Assembly (NCBI GenBank): GCA_963693055.1
Contig: OY843751.1
Span: 5,408,001-5,472,000, forward strand
Reading direction: 5' to 3'
Length of the DNA stretch: 64,000 nt
From: a bacterium
GTDB lineage: Bacteria > Zhuqueibacterota > Zhuqueibacteria > Residuimicrobiales > Krinioviventaceae
The notes below the pieces were generated by a model that saw only the letters and a list, made by a program, of their open reading frames with translations, made no database searches and was not told the origin of the DNA. This document shows, piece by piece, positions 19,947-29,694 of this stretch (its first letter is position 1; every line of letters starts with the position of its first letter). The position numbers and the translations under genes are program-made.

Positions 19947-22142
19947 TTACATAATAAATAACATTTCAGAATATTTAGGCAGTGGCCATACATTATCCGG
20001 AACGACTTTTTCCAGAGCATCAATGGGCACACGTACATCATTCAATAAATCAACAATATTATCAGCAACAAACTTTGCCTTCTTTTCCAGATCTTCAATT
20101 TCTTCTGCTTTTTCAAGAGCAGATTTTATGTCCTGGCATCCGGTTTCAATTTTATCAATATCACTGATAATTGTTTTCAACAACTCAACTTCAGTTTTTG
20201 CCGAACCCTTTGGCAGCAAGGTGTCCAGTTCTTTAATACCTTTAACAGCATCAATCAACTGCGCTTTATAACTCAATGCAGCCGGAAGGATCATTGTATA
20301 AGCAATGTTTAAAAAGGTTTCTGATTCAATTTCCAAAGCGGTAACATATTGTTCAAGTTTTGTGTTGTAACGTCCTTCAATTTCTCGTTTAGAGTAAATC
20401 TTTTGACGTTCCAACAATTCCATATTTTCTTTCTTAACAAAAGCATCCAAAGCATAAGCGGTACGTTTAATATTTGGTAAACCGCGTTTTTCTGCTTCTT
20501 TGGCCCATTCTTCACTATAGTTGTTACCTTCAAAACGAATGGGTTCAGTTTCAATAACATATTTCTGAAGGACCTTTAATACAGCATCTTTTAACTCGGA
20601 ACCATCAGAAACAAGTTTAGAAATTTCATCATAAATCAAATCAATTGAATCTGCAACAGCGGCACTAAGAACTGTGTTTGCCAATGAAACAGAAGCACTT
20701 GAACCAATAGCGCGGAATTCAAATTTCTGTCCGGTAAACGCAAATGGTGAAGTACGGTTACGGTCTGTATTGTCACGAATAACAGAAGGTAATTTTGAAA
20801 GGCCAAGATCGATGATGTAATCATCTGCTGCTTTGGCACTCTTGCCTTCTTTAATAGCATCCAAAATTTCACTCAAGCGTTCACCCAGGAATACAGAGAT
20901 AATTGCGGGTGGAGCTTCATTAGCACCCAAACGATGATCGTTTCCGGCAGAAGCAATAGTCATTCTTAACAGATCGCCGTGGGTATAAACAGCGCGTAAA
21001 GTTGATACCAGGAATACCAGGAACTGCAGGTTCTGTTCAGGAGTATCACCAGGATCAAGCAGGTTGTTACCATTAGAATCGGCCATTGACCAGTTGTTAT
21101 GCTTTCCACTTCCATTGATACCGGCAAATGGTTTTTCATGCAGCAACATTGCCAAGCCATGACGATTAGCAACTTTTTTCAATACTTCCATAATCATCTG
21201 GTTTCGGTCAGAACCCACATTTGCTTCAGCAAAAATTGGTGCAAGTTCGTATTGATGAGGCGCAACTTCGTTATGACGAGTTTTTGCAGGTACGCCCAGT
21301 TTATAGAGCTGAGTTTCAGCATCTTGCATAAAAGCGAGAACGCGTTCTTTGATAGAGCCAAAATAATGATCATCCAACTGTTGGCCTTTAGGTGGTTGTG
21401 CACCAACCAGGGTACGTCCGGTCAACTGCAGGTCGGGTCTCAGGTTATAAAAAGATTTATCAATTAAAAAATATTCCTGTTCAGTACCAATTGTGGTTAC
21501 TACACGCGTTGCATCACTGCCAAACAATTTCAAAACTTTTAAGGCTGAATTTGAAATTGATTCCATTGAACGAAGCAGCGGGGTCTTTTTATCAAGAGCT
21601 TCACCGGTATAACTGATAAATACTGATGGAATACAGAGAATGCCTCCTCTGGGCCCTTCAGCGATAAATGCCGGACTGGATGGATCCCACATGGTATAAC
21701 CACGGGCTTCAAAAGTAGTTCTTGAACCACCACTGGGGAATGAAGACGCATCGGGTTCACCCTGTACCAACTGATTACCGCGAAAACGCTCTACAACTTT
21801 ATCATCATCCAGTTCCAAAAAGGCATCATGCTTTTCAGCGGTCAAACCGGTTTGCGGCTGGAACCAGTGTGTAAAATGGCTTACACCTTTTTCAATTGCC
21901 CATTCCTTCATGGCATGAGCAACAGTGTTTGCGATACTCAGATCAAGCTTTTCACCTGTTTTAATAGTATTGCGCAATTTTTTGTATACATCTTTGGGTA
22001 AACGTTCGCGCATTACCTCTTCATTAAAAGTGTTTTCGTTAAACACTTTAGCATTATCTTTTTCTCTGGGTTCGTAAGCTACTGATTTCCTTGAAGCAAT
22101 TTCCAACAAAGCTTGATATCTTGATGTTGCACTGTCAGACAT
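19947..22142 (-). CDS. glnN: Glutamine synthetase type III
   Basis: FTHWFQP, AEKHDAF, EPDASSFPSGG, HNEVAP, EKPFAGINGSGKHNNWS, DRNRTSPFAFTG; 731 aa. Confidence 0.95.
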   Translation of the reverse strand: MSDSATSRYQALLEIASRKSVAYEPREKDNAKVFNENTFNEEVMRERLPKDVYKKLRNTIKTGEKLDLSIANTVAHAMKEWAIEKGVSHFTHWFQPQTGLTAEKHDAFLELDDDKVVERFRGNQLVQGEPDASSFPSGGSRTTFEARGYTMWDPSSPAFIAEGPRGGILCIPSVFISYTGEALDKKTPLLRSMESISNSALKVLKLFGSDATRVVTTIGTEQEYFLIDKSFYNLRPDLQLTGRTLVGAQPPKGQQLDDHYFGSIKERVLAFMQDAETQLYKLGVPAKTRHNEVAPHQYELAPIFAEANVGSDRNQMIMEVLKKVANRHGLAMLLHEKPFAGINGSGKHNNWSMADSNGNNLLDPGDTPEQNLQFLVFLVSTLRAVYTHGDLLRMTIASAGNDHRLGANEAPPAIISVFLGERLSEILDAIKEGKSAKAADDYIIDLGLSKLPSVIRDNTDRNRTSPFAFTGQKFEFRAIGSSASVSLANTVLSAAVADSIDLIYDEISKLVSDGSELKDAVLKVLQKYVIETEPIRFEGNNYSEEWAKEAEKRGLPNIKRTAYALDAFVKKENMELLERQKIYSKREIEGRYNTKLEQYVTALEIESETFLNIAYTMILPAALSYKAQLIDAVKGIKELDTLLPKGSAKTEVELLKTIISDIDKIETGCQDIKSALEKAEEIEDLEKKAKFVADNIVDLLNDVRVPIDALEKVVPDNVWPLPKYSEMLFIM

Positions 22143-22240
22143 AATAACTCCTATTAGTAAAATGACGGGGATTTAATTAATTATCTATATTACAATATTT
22201 TTTCAGACATGCTGCATTTTTTATCTTTCTAAAATACAAC

Positions 22241-22271
22241 ATCAAGGGGCCCATTTTCGAGACCCCTTGAT
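22241..22271 (-). other. Strong hairpin upstream of glnN
   Basis: ATCAAGGGG/CCCCTTGAT inverted repeat about 100 nt before the start codon. Confidence 0.6.
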
Positions 22272-22477
22272 TAGGAGAATAAGGAATAGTTGAAGAAAAG
22301 TAAAACATGCATTATGTATTTAAAATATATTGTCAAACCAAAGAACATATGACGGGGTTTTTTGAAAAAGAGTGCCTGTCCTGTATTGACCAAGTGTGAC
22401 CCCGTCAAGTCCACATTTAAGTAATATCCAATATTCAGGGCAGGCACAAAACTTGTCAAGTGCCAGGATTCATGTTC

Positions 22478-23176
22478 TTAAAAACCGTAAGAGAATCCCA
22501 TCCACAGAATATTTTCCATATCATCATCCAGGCCAAAAGAATAGGTCCAGCTTACTGATATATCATCGGATACGGATTTTCCGGCAGTAATTGCCAATGT
22601 GCTTACAGCATCTTCTTTGGGAGTAGCCAGCCATTTGCTTGAATAGGTACCGTAACCAAATACAGCACTCAAGTCAGCACCCATCAGGGAGGTTTCACCT
22701 GAAACTTGTACCCAGTAATCGGATTCATTCAGATTATTGTCAGTACTACTCTGGCTGGGTACAAAGTAAGCAGATACGCCAATGGGACCATAACCTACAC
22801 TTCCATAGACTTCATACTCATAATCAGCATCGTCGTTAAAAGTGTCAAAGAAATCATAGGTATATACTGCTACACCTATGGCTGTTGATACAGAACCGGT
22901 TGGTAATGCAACTTCAATAAAAGGATCAGATTCAACTTCAATGTCATCACCAAAATCGACACTTGAGCACCATAATCCAAAAGAAACTGCGCCATAACCA
23001 AAACCGGCGGTACCTTGCATTGCCGGACCATTGTATTGTTTTACACCACGCCATACATACGTGCTAACCATAGTTGCGTCACCTGAAAACTCTACCGCTG
23101 CGGATACCAGGCTTACTGACATGAGTAATAAAAGTACAATACCAATGATCGATGTTTTTGTAACGTTCTGTTTCAT
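22478..23176 (-). CDS. TorF/Gcw_chp-like outer-membrane beta-barrel (putative porin)
   Basis: Signal peptide, STYVWRG..GPAMQG, GLWCSSVDF, terminal aromatic residue (FSYGF); strong AAGGAGG RBS. Confidence 0.75.
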   Translation of the reverse strand: MKQNVTKTSIIGIVLLLLMSVSLVSAAVEFSGDATMVSTYVWRGVKQYNGPAMQGTAGFGYGAVSFGLWCSSVDFGDDIEVESDPFIEVALPTGSVSTAIGVAVYTYDFFDTFNDDADYEYEVYGSVGYGPIGVSAYFVPSQSSTDNNLNESDYWVQVSGETSLMGADLSAVFGYGTYSSKWLATPKEDAVSTLAITAGKSVSDDISVSWTYSFGLDDDMENILWMGFSYGF

Positions 23177-23246
23177 GACTCCTCCTTTTCAAGGCTATTC
23201 GTTGTGTTTAATTCAACTATTTTCGCCGGCCTTTACCCCTCCTTTG

Positions 23247-23261
23247 GCAAAGGCTGTGCCA
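23247..23261 (-). promoter_or_regulatory. sigma54 (-24/-12) promoter of the porin gene
   Basis: TGGCACAGCCTTTGC on the minus strand, exact GG-N10-GC, 70 bp upstream of the start. Confidence 0.85.
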
Positions 23262-23388
23262 TAAAAATGGATTACATGCTCATCTCAAAAAAAACAAATC
23301 TTTTTGCAAATAATTATTTATATTACACTTATAGCAAGGCCGGCTAAATAAAATTTTCTACCAATTTTCCCAACACAGACAGTTTTCT

Positions 23389-23649
23389 AACAATATTGTA
23401 TGATTCCAATAAAAAACAACAAAAATGAACGAATTGGGGATTTTCTCGGATGCAGAAATATTCAAGATTCGTGTGGATTTTCTGGCATTTATCTATATAA
23501 AACTAAAATAAACGTACATTATTCCCACTTTTGCTCTGAAATACATGCAGAAATAATGCATTAAAAGCGCAAACTCTACAAATTTCATTTCAAAACTTCA
23601 GACACCTACAAAAACGTAGCTCCCCCCTATGTTGCCCTACAAAAATGTT
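23389..23649. promoter_or_regulatory. Candidate enhancer sites (TAC-N6-GTA-like)
   Basis: AACAATATTGTA 23389, AACAAAAATGAA 23418, TACAAATTTCAT 23577, TACAAAAACGTA 23607, TACAAAAATGTT 23638; 29-31 bp spacing. Confidence 0.6.
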
Positions 23650-26073
23650 CTAAAACTGCATACGCAGACCAATTGTAGGAATAAACCGCATGGAAACAAC
23701 ATCCCGGTCGATGTGCGGATTCGTCCACTCACCATCTACATGTTCATGGTCCGTAAACGGTTTTCCATAATACAACACATTTTTCCTACCGTAAGCGTTA
23801 TAGAGCGAAATGTAAGGCGCAAAGGAGCGGTTTTTCACTGTCAGCACTTTGGCAAAACTTATATCCAGGCGATGGTACCAGGGATATCGGATACTACCCG
23901 GCGGCACATCCATCTCGTATGGGCGTTCCCAACCCTGGCTTACACCAGTCGGTCTTGTTAAACCGTGAACATCCCAAACCGGCCTGAGACCATAGATCAC
24001 ACCGGGATTATAAGGCTGGCCGCTGTGCATTTCCCAGAACAATGACAGCATATAACCGCGTTTAAAAGTTTTGCACAAACTCGCCTGTACCCGGTGCTGC
24101 TGTTCAGTATGAGAAGGATAAGTCACTCCCTTATATTCGCGCCTACTGCGGCCCCACGTGTAACTGGCCCAGCCCGACCATCCGCCGAGTTTGGCGCTGA
24201 CCATACTTTCCATGCCCCAAGCCCTGCCCTTTGCTTGCCCAAAGGTGAGGGTTTCTCCGTAAACGGATTTTAACAGCCCGCTCATCTGCTTGTTATACGC
24301 GGAAAGCGAAATATCCATCCCCTTGTACTTTGTGCTCAATTCGGCAACCACCTGGTCCGATATTTCCACCGAATTGCCGGCATCCACAGGAAAATACAAA
24401 TCAAGGAACTGCACCAGACCGTCTTCCAGCGTGGTCGAGATGCCCTGCGCGTAACGCCCGCCGGACAGGGTAAAACGTGTCTTTTCTGAAAACCGGTATG
24501 ACGCACTCAACCGCGGCTGCAATACAACACCGCCGTTTAAGCCCCACCGGTCCGCGCGCAGACCGGTCCGCAGTCTCAATACATCCGATGCCTGCCACTC
24601 GCTTTCCGCATAGGCAAACTGTTGAAAAAAGGACTTGTTCCAGTTGAACCTGCCTTCGGGCGCGTAATCGAAAAACAGGTTAAACCGCTCCTGTAATTCG
24701 TAATGATAGGCGGACCAGTGATATTTTGTGGCAAAGCGGGAAAGACCAATTCCTCCCCTCATTAACAAGCGGTCTGACATGTGCCAGTCCATATCCGACT
24801 TGACCGTTACATCATAAAACCGGTTGTCAACGTCGTTTTCAAGTTCTGCTCTTTTGCGCGCTACCAGCCGTAAAAACTCTTCCTTGCTTTCATTGAACTT
24901 GGGGTCCAGGTCGTCCGGCAATTTCGGGTAAATAGAATTGCTGAAACTGTTTTGATATACACTCACCCAGGCCTGCGTATTCAGGTGAATATCCCTGTTA
25001 AATTTACGTTCCCATGCCAGGGAAGCGATCCAGTTGCTCCAGGTCAGATCCATATCAGAGCCGTGAGACACTTTTTTCTCAGCATCGTCAATGGAGGATT
25101 TCAGTGTCTGGCCCACATCTCCGCGGTCTTTCATGCCGTCGGCATTGCCGAACAGCAAAAAGCGCACAACCTGGTCGTCCGTGGGAAAATATTCCAGCTT
25201 GAACATACCATCCATATACGCGGACGGCATACCCACATTGATCATTGAGCCTAACAATACCAGCGAGCCCAGCCGCCCTGAAGCCAGCCACGCCCATTTT
25301 TCCCCGAATGTTCCACCAGTGGTCAGGTCTCCGCCGGTCAGGTTGAGATTGGCGCGGGTCTTGAAATCCTTGCCCGGCGTTTTAGACTGCACGGACAATA
25401 CCGAGCTGGTGCGATTGCCATACGCGGAAGAAAATCCGCCCAGGGAAAAGAATACATTATCGATCATGTCCATATTGAAACTGGTGGCAAGCCCCATAAA
25501 GTGATAGGGATAATAGATGGGTGCGCCATCAAGAAGCACCAGGTTCTGGTCGGTATTGCCGCCGCGCACACTCAATTGCGGCGAGGCCTCGTTGGAAAAA
25601 GAGACCCCCGGCGTGCGCTGCAGCAGGCGAAACAGGTCAGGAAACACCATTGCCGGCTGATATTGCAGCTCTTCCGCATCAATGACCCGCGCGGAGGGGT
25701 CCATACGCACCAGGCGCCGCTCAACACCAAGGCGATCGCGGGTTATACCTACTTCAGGCATTTCAATAACCACCGGCTCTAAACGGATTTCGATATTACG
25801 CAAATCCGTTACTTGTGCCAAATCAACACATTCGCTTTTATACCCCATAAACGAGACGCAGAGTGTATCCACAACTTTGACAGTCAGACTAAACTTGCCT
25901 GTGCTGTTTGTGACTGTGCCACCCTGCGAATGCTGTAAAGATATATTTGCACCTGAAAGCACTTTTCCGGATTCGTGATCATAAACTTTTCCTGACACAA
26001 CAGCACTATATACATTACCGGAAAACCCAATAAAGGAAATAAGCAATATCAAACTGCCAAGCACTCTATTCAT
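23650..26073 (-). CDS. TonB-dependent receptor with carboxypeptidase-regulatory-like N-terminal domain
   Basis: VSGKVYD..GANI..GTVTNSTGKF, LQRTPGV, SVRGGNTDQNLVLLDG, YHRLD, C-terminal F; start at ATG 26073 (ATGA overlap). Confidence 0.88.
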   Translation of the reverse strand: MNRVLGSLILLISFIGFSGNVYSAVVSGKVYDHESGKVLSGANISLQHSQGGTVTNSTGKFSLTVKVVDTLCVSFMGYKSECVDLAQVTDLRNIEIRLEPVVIEMPEVGITRDRLGVERRLVRMDPSARVIDAEELQYQPAMVFPDLFRLLQRTPGVSFSNEASPQLSVRGGNTDQNLVLLDGAPIYYPYHFMGLATSFNMDMIDNVFFSLGGFSSAYGNRTSSVLSVQSKTPGKDFKTRANLNLTGGDLTTGGTFGEKWAWLASGRLGSLVLLGSMINVGMPSAYMDGMFKLEYFPTDDQVVRFLLFGNADGMKDRGDVGQTLKSSIDDAEKKVSHGSDMDLTWSNWIASLAWERKFNRDIHLNTQAWVSVYQNSFSNSIYPKLPDDLDPKFNESKEEFLRLVARKRAELENDVDNRFYDVTVKSDMDWHMSDRLLMRGGIGLSRFATKYHWSAYHYELQERFNLFFDYAPEGRFNWNKSFFQQFAYAESEWQASDVLRLRTGLRADRWGLNGGVVLQPRLSASYRFSEKTRFTLSGGRYAQGISTTLEDGLVQFLDLYFPVDAGNSVEISDQVVAELSTKYKGMDISLSAYNKQMSGLLKSVYGETLTFGQAKGRAWGMESMVSAKLGGWSGWASYTWGRSRREYKGVTYPSHTEQQHRVQASLCKTFKRGYMLSLFWEMHSGQPYNPGVIYGLRPVWDVHGLTRPTGVSQGWERPYEMDVPPGSIRYPWYHRLDISFAKVLTVKNRSFAPYISLYNAYGRKNVLYYGKPFTDHEHVDGEWTNPHIDRDVVSMRFIPTIGLRMQF

Positions 26074-26912
26074 TGCGGCAACCCCCAATCCGCGTCAATA
26101 GCTAAAAAAATTCGTACCGAATCCATAGCAACGGCATTAAATACACCCATGCCGCCCTGAAAGTGCATTTTTTCATATTTAACATCAAAATACCCGGTAT
26201 CACGATGCTCTTCTTCAGGCAAAAAATCTTGATACAGTTCATTTGGGCGGAATGTCTGAGGTCTGAAAACAAAGGAAGAATCTCTGGCCACTACAAACAA
26301 GATTGCGGATTCGACATGATGACCATACAGCGTCTCACCATATCTATAACCCAATGACGGCAAATAAACACTTTGCCTAAATGAATCTACCTTATAAGAC
26401 CAAAATTTATCTGATTCAATATATGTAAACATACAGGTATAATAATAACAATTTCGGCTTTCACTCCAGGCTATCCTGGTACTTTTTAAAGGATCATGGG
26501 CCCTCGACAGAAAATGGTCCAAAGTATCCCCATCAAAAATATGAATATTAAACGCCCCGGGCACACGGGTTTGGGCAGTCAAAACATTGCCGCTGCTGAA
26601 TTGCACCTCCAGTTCATAATTTGTGTCAGGCAGCACTTTTATCCGTTCATTTAAATCCCGGTACTTTCCATCACCTACAGATTCAAACACAACATCTTGA
26701 TCGTTATACCGAATCACTACCCGCGCATCGTCATAATACTCGGGATAATCTTCCGGGAACGTTTTGCCGACGATCACCTGCTGGTACGGATACGTTGGAG
26801 ACAAGGTGCAATACGCAAAATAATCCCCACGCCTCTCGGGATCGAGCACAACCGGATCGAGTGAGCAGGAAAATCCGGATAACAGCAATAAAAGAAACAG
26901 CCCCTTTTTCAA
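26070..26912 (-). CDS. DUF4249-like lipoprotein partner of the TonB-dependent receptor
   Basis: TTG start, MKKGLFLLLLLSGFSC lipobox, G.Y..PDTNYELEV..AQTRVP, GGMGVF. Confidence 0.65.
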   Translation of the reverse strand: MKKGLFLLLLLSGFSCSLDPVVLDPERRGDYFAYCTLSPTYPYQQVIVGKTFPEDYPEYYDDARVVIRYNDQDVVFESVGDGKYRDLNERIKVLPDTNYELEVQFSSGNVLTAQTRVPGAFNIHIFDGDTLDHFLSRAHDPLKSTRIAWSESRNCYYYTCMFTYIESDKFWSYKVDSFRQSVYLPSLGYRYGETLYGHHVESAILFVVARDSSFVFRPQTFRPNELYQDFLPEEEHRDTGYFDVKYEKMHFQGGMGVFNAVAMDSVRIFLAIDADWGLPQ

Positions 26913-27138
26913 AAATACCCCTTTATTGAATTTAATTTTTTGGAATATTAACTCTAACGCTGGACAGGATGAACGGGTTCCCAAGAGAATGAATTTTTAC
27001 GCATCCAAGAAAACCACTTTTAGCTCAAATGCCATCCGAATATTCTATCAGATGGCGCACCAGACGGTACACGAAAAAACATTCATTCCAAAAGACCCAC
27101 TAGGGACGATAAACAGAGATAAACGTAAAAATTCTAAT

Positions 27139-27166
27139 ATTCGCACACCGTCAGGTGTGTAATATT
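27139..27166. repeat. Short palindrome (REP-like)
   Basis: ATT-CGCACACC-gtca-GGTGTGTA-ATATT inverted repeat. Confidence 0.45.
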
Positions 27167-27257
27167 GTTGTAACTTGATCCCCTATAAAAAACCGACATC
27201 TCTAGTTCACACAATTACTTTGAAAAAATCAACTGCTTTTAAAATTGCGAACAGATC

Positions 27258-27408
27258 AAATCAAGGTAATCCGCTAATCCATTTTATCAGGGTTAAATCA
27301 GGGCAATCCTTTAATCCTTCTAATCAAGGTAGTTCTTTTAATCAAGGTCTAATCAAGGTTATCCTTTAATCAAGGTCTAATCTTTTTAATCTGGGTTAAA
27401 TCAAGGTA
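27258..27408. repeat. AATCAAGG/AATCC degenerate tandem repeat tract
   Basis: Repeated AATCAAGGT, AATCAGGG, AATCC and AATCTGGG units; same family at 36419-36455, 37927-38005 and, reversed, 52254-52334. Confidence 0.8.
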
Positions 27409-27415
27409 TAAACAC

Positions 27416-27447
27416 AAAAACCCCCGCCCTGACCGGCGGGGGTTTTT
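27416..27447. terminator. Intrinsic terminator of glnK-amtB (symmetrical)
   Basis: AAAAACCCCCGCC-ctgacc-GGCGGGGGTTTTT. Confidence 0.9.
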
Positions 27448-27493
27448 ATTTGGATCAGATAGAACGGAGGTTTTGCAATCTGCGAGTATATTT

Positions 27494-28852
27494 TTATTGG
27501 GTAGTAAAAATCTGAAATCCACTATAAGCTTCCATACCGTGCTCGCCAATATCCAGACCGCGGAGCTCTTCTTCTTCACTAACTCGAATTCCAACAGTCT
27601 TTTTAATGGTCCAGAACAAAATCAAGCCCAGTCCAAAAGCCCAAACAAATCCTACAAGAACACCAAGCGCCTGAATTCCTAAAAGTTTGAAACCGCCACC
27701 GTAAAACAGGCCGCCATCTGCGTTGAATAATCCAATTGCCAGGGTACCAAAAGCACCGTTAACACCGTGAACACTGACAGCACCAACAGGATCGTCAACT
27801 TTGAGAACTTTATCAATAAACAGAACACTGACAACAACCAGAACACCTGCAATTGCACCAATGATAACGGATGCAATTGGAGTCACCGTAGCACACGGAG
27901 CAGTAATTGCAACCAATCCTGCCAGGGCACCATTCAATGCCATTGAGGCATCCGGTTTCTTGTCAATGATCCATGAAGTAAACATTGCCAGCACAGCACC
28001 TGCTGCAGCTGAAAGGTTTGTAGTAACAGCAATACGACCAATGTCTCCATCACCAAATGTGGTACTACCAGGGTTAAAACCAAACCAACCAAACCAGAGA
28101 ATAAATACACCCAAAGCAGCCAAAGTGATGTTATGACCAGGAATAGCTTTTGCTGAACCATCCGGGCCGTATTTTCCTATTCTGGGTCCAAGAACTATGG
28201 CGCCAGCAAGGGCCAACCATCCACCAATAGAGTGAACTACTGTAGAGCCTGCAAAATCCTGGAAACCAAGGTTTTCTAACCAGCCGCTTCCATCCAGCAA
28301 CGAGCCCCAGGCCCATGAACCAAAAATCGGGTAAATAATTGCACAAATAAAAACACTATAAATCAAATAACTGGTAAATTTTGTCCGTTCCGCCATGGCG
28401 CCAGAAACAATGGTAGCAGCCGTACCGGCGAATACGGTCTGAAAGATCAGAAATGTCCAATTCCAGTCCTTACTCATGGGATCAGTTCCCAGCAGGAGAA
28501 AATTGGTTGTTCCAAAAAAACCATTGGTAACACCAAACATCAAGCCAAAACCAACCAGAAAAAAGGCCAGCGTACCGATTGAAAAATCCATCAAATTTTT
28601 CATCATAATATTAATGGCATTTTTGGCTCGTGTAAATCCGGCTTCAACCATGGCGAACCCGGCCTGCATAAAGAATACCATAAAGGCCGCGACGGCAGTC
28701 CAAACGATATTCAGGTTGTTTTGCATACTTTCTTCAAGTGCGGCAACCGCATCCGCTGTCTCACCAGATGCAGCAGCATCTTGTGAAAAAGCCGGCACAG
28801 TCAACATAGCCATCACAAGTAACACATAAAATAGAAGCAACTTTTTTCTCAT
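27494..28852 (-). CDS. amtB: Ammonium transporter
   Basis: FFMQAGF, IVSGAMAER, DFAGSTVVH, WFGWFGFN, VDDPVGAVSVHG (twin His), GLDIGEHG; signal peptide. Confidence 0.97.
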   Translation of the reverse strand: MRKKLLLFYVLLVMAMLTVPAFSQDAAASGETADAVAALEESMQNNLNIVWTAVAAFMVFFMQAGFAMVEAGFTRAKNAINIMMKNLMDFSIGTLAFFLVGFGLMFGVTNGFFGTTNFLLLGTDPMSKDWNWTFLIFQTVFAGTAATIVSGAMAERTKFTSYLIYSVFICAIIYPIFGSWAWGSLLDGSGWLENLGFQDFAGSTVVHSIGGWLALAGAIVLGPRIGKYGPDGSAKAIPGHNITLAALGVFILWFGWFGFNPGSTTFGDGDIGRIAVTTNLSAAAGAVLAMFTSWIIDKKPDASMALNGALAGLVAITAPCATVTPIASVIIGAIAGVLVVVSVLFIDKVLKVDDPVGAVSVHGVNGAFGTLAIGLFNADGGLFYGGGFKLLGIQALGVLVGFVWAFGLGLILFWTIKKTVGIRVSEEEELRGLDIGEHGMEAYSGFQIFTTQ

Positions 28853-28888
28853 TATACATCTCCCTTTACAATCAGTTCATAATTTCTA

Positions 28889-29230
28889 CTAACCAATGGC
28901 ATCGTGTCCGGTTTCACCGGTGCGGATACGAATACAATCATCAAGCGACATCACAAAGATCTTTCCATCGCCAATGTTTCCAGTTTTAGCTCCCGCAATA
29001 ATACCTTCCACTGTCGACTCTACATATTCTTCATTGACAGCAATTTCAAGACGGATTTTTTTCAGTAAATTCACCTCTATGTCAGCACCGCGATAAGTTT
29101 CGTGGTAGCCTTTTTGTTGTCCGCAGCCAAGAGCATTGGTCACAGACAATTTGAAAATTTTGCGTTCATACAACGCTTGCTTTACCGCATTCAATTTTGC
29201 GGGTTGAATATAAGCAACAACTAACTTCAT
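28889..29230 (-). CDS. glnK: P-II nitrogen regulatory protein
   Basis: YRG T-loop, [18 protein letters not shown]; directly upstream of amtB; GGAGG RBS before ATG 29230. Confidence 0.93.
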   Translation of the reverse strand: MKLVVAYIQPAKLNAVKQALYERKIFKLSVTNALGCGQQKGYHETYRGADIEVNLLKKIRLEIAVNEEYVESTVEGIIAGAKTGNIGDGKIFVMSLDDCIRIRTGETGHDAIG

Positions 29231-29273
29231 GAGCTCCTCCAATGTTAAGTTTTATAAACTCAATTTGCCATAT

Positions 29274-29288
29274 TCAACATTTGTGCCA
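29274..29288 (-). promoter_or_regulatory. Probable sigma54 promoter of glnK-amtB (variant -12)
   Basis: TGGCACAAATGTTGA on the minus strand (GG-N10-GA), ~45 bp upstream of glnK. Confidence 0.65.
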
Positions 29289-29367
29289 CATTTCACACAG
29301 TGCGCTAAATTCAATAATTACAAAATTTTAATGCCGAAACCCAAAAGCTAAACAACAACAAAATCAC

Positions 29368-29409
29368 AACATTTTCGTAGCAAAAATTTTTCTATCATAC
29401 AAAATTGTA
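29368..29409. promoter_or_regulatory. Paired TAC-N6-GTA-like enhancer sites for glnK-amtB
   Basis: AACATTTTCGTA (29368) and TACAAAATTGTA (29398), 30 bp apart, 80-120 bp upstream of the -24 element. Confidence 0.65.
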
Positions 29410-29583
29410 TGCATTTTTCAATAACGAGCTACAATAAACCATATTTTGCACGTTTAATCACCACTCTCCTTTTTCATTTCGACTGAATTTTCTAACGCTC
29501 TTTATTGTTTCTATATTAGCATCGCGTCTTGCGACCAATGGGCCGCTTTTCTGCAAATTAATAGTATTTCACCATTATTTTAT

Positions 29584-29667
29584 TTGCTTTTTCAGGTGGA
29601 ATTTGTATATTATATCAAAATTAGCAACAAAAATGTAGCATATAAAAATTTAGCCTACTAAATTGTA
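29584..29667 (+). promoter_or_regulatory. sigma70-like promoter of the activator gene with downstream paired operators
   Basis: TTGCTT-N16-TATATT followed by AACAAAAATGTA (29626) and TACTAAATTGTA (29656), 30 bp apart. Confidence 0.55.
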
Positions 29668-29694
29668 ATAAATAAGCCGGAGCATAGTTGAGAA

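Noticed and set aside
22440-22465. sigma54 promoter for glnN (TGGCAC on the minus strand)
   Set aside because: No TTGC or TTGA at -12; the GGCAC/GTGCC motifs are explained by hairpins
26926-27369. Short ORFs 26926-27162 and 27175-27369 (likewise 36248-36592 and 37856-38461)
   Set aside because: Translations of repeat DNA or antisense frames; no RBS or family motifs
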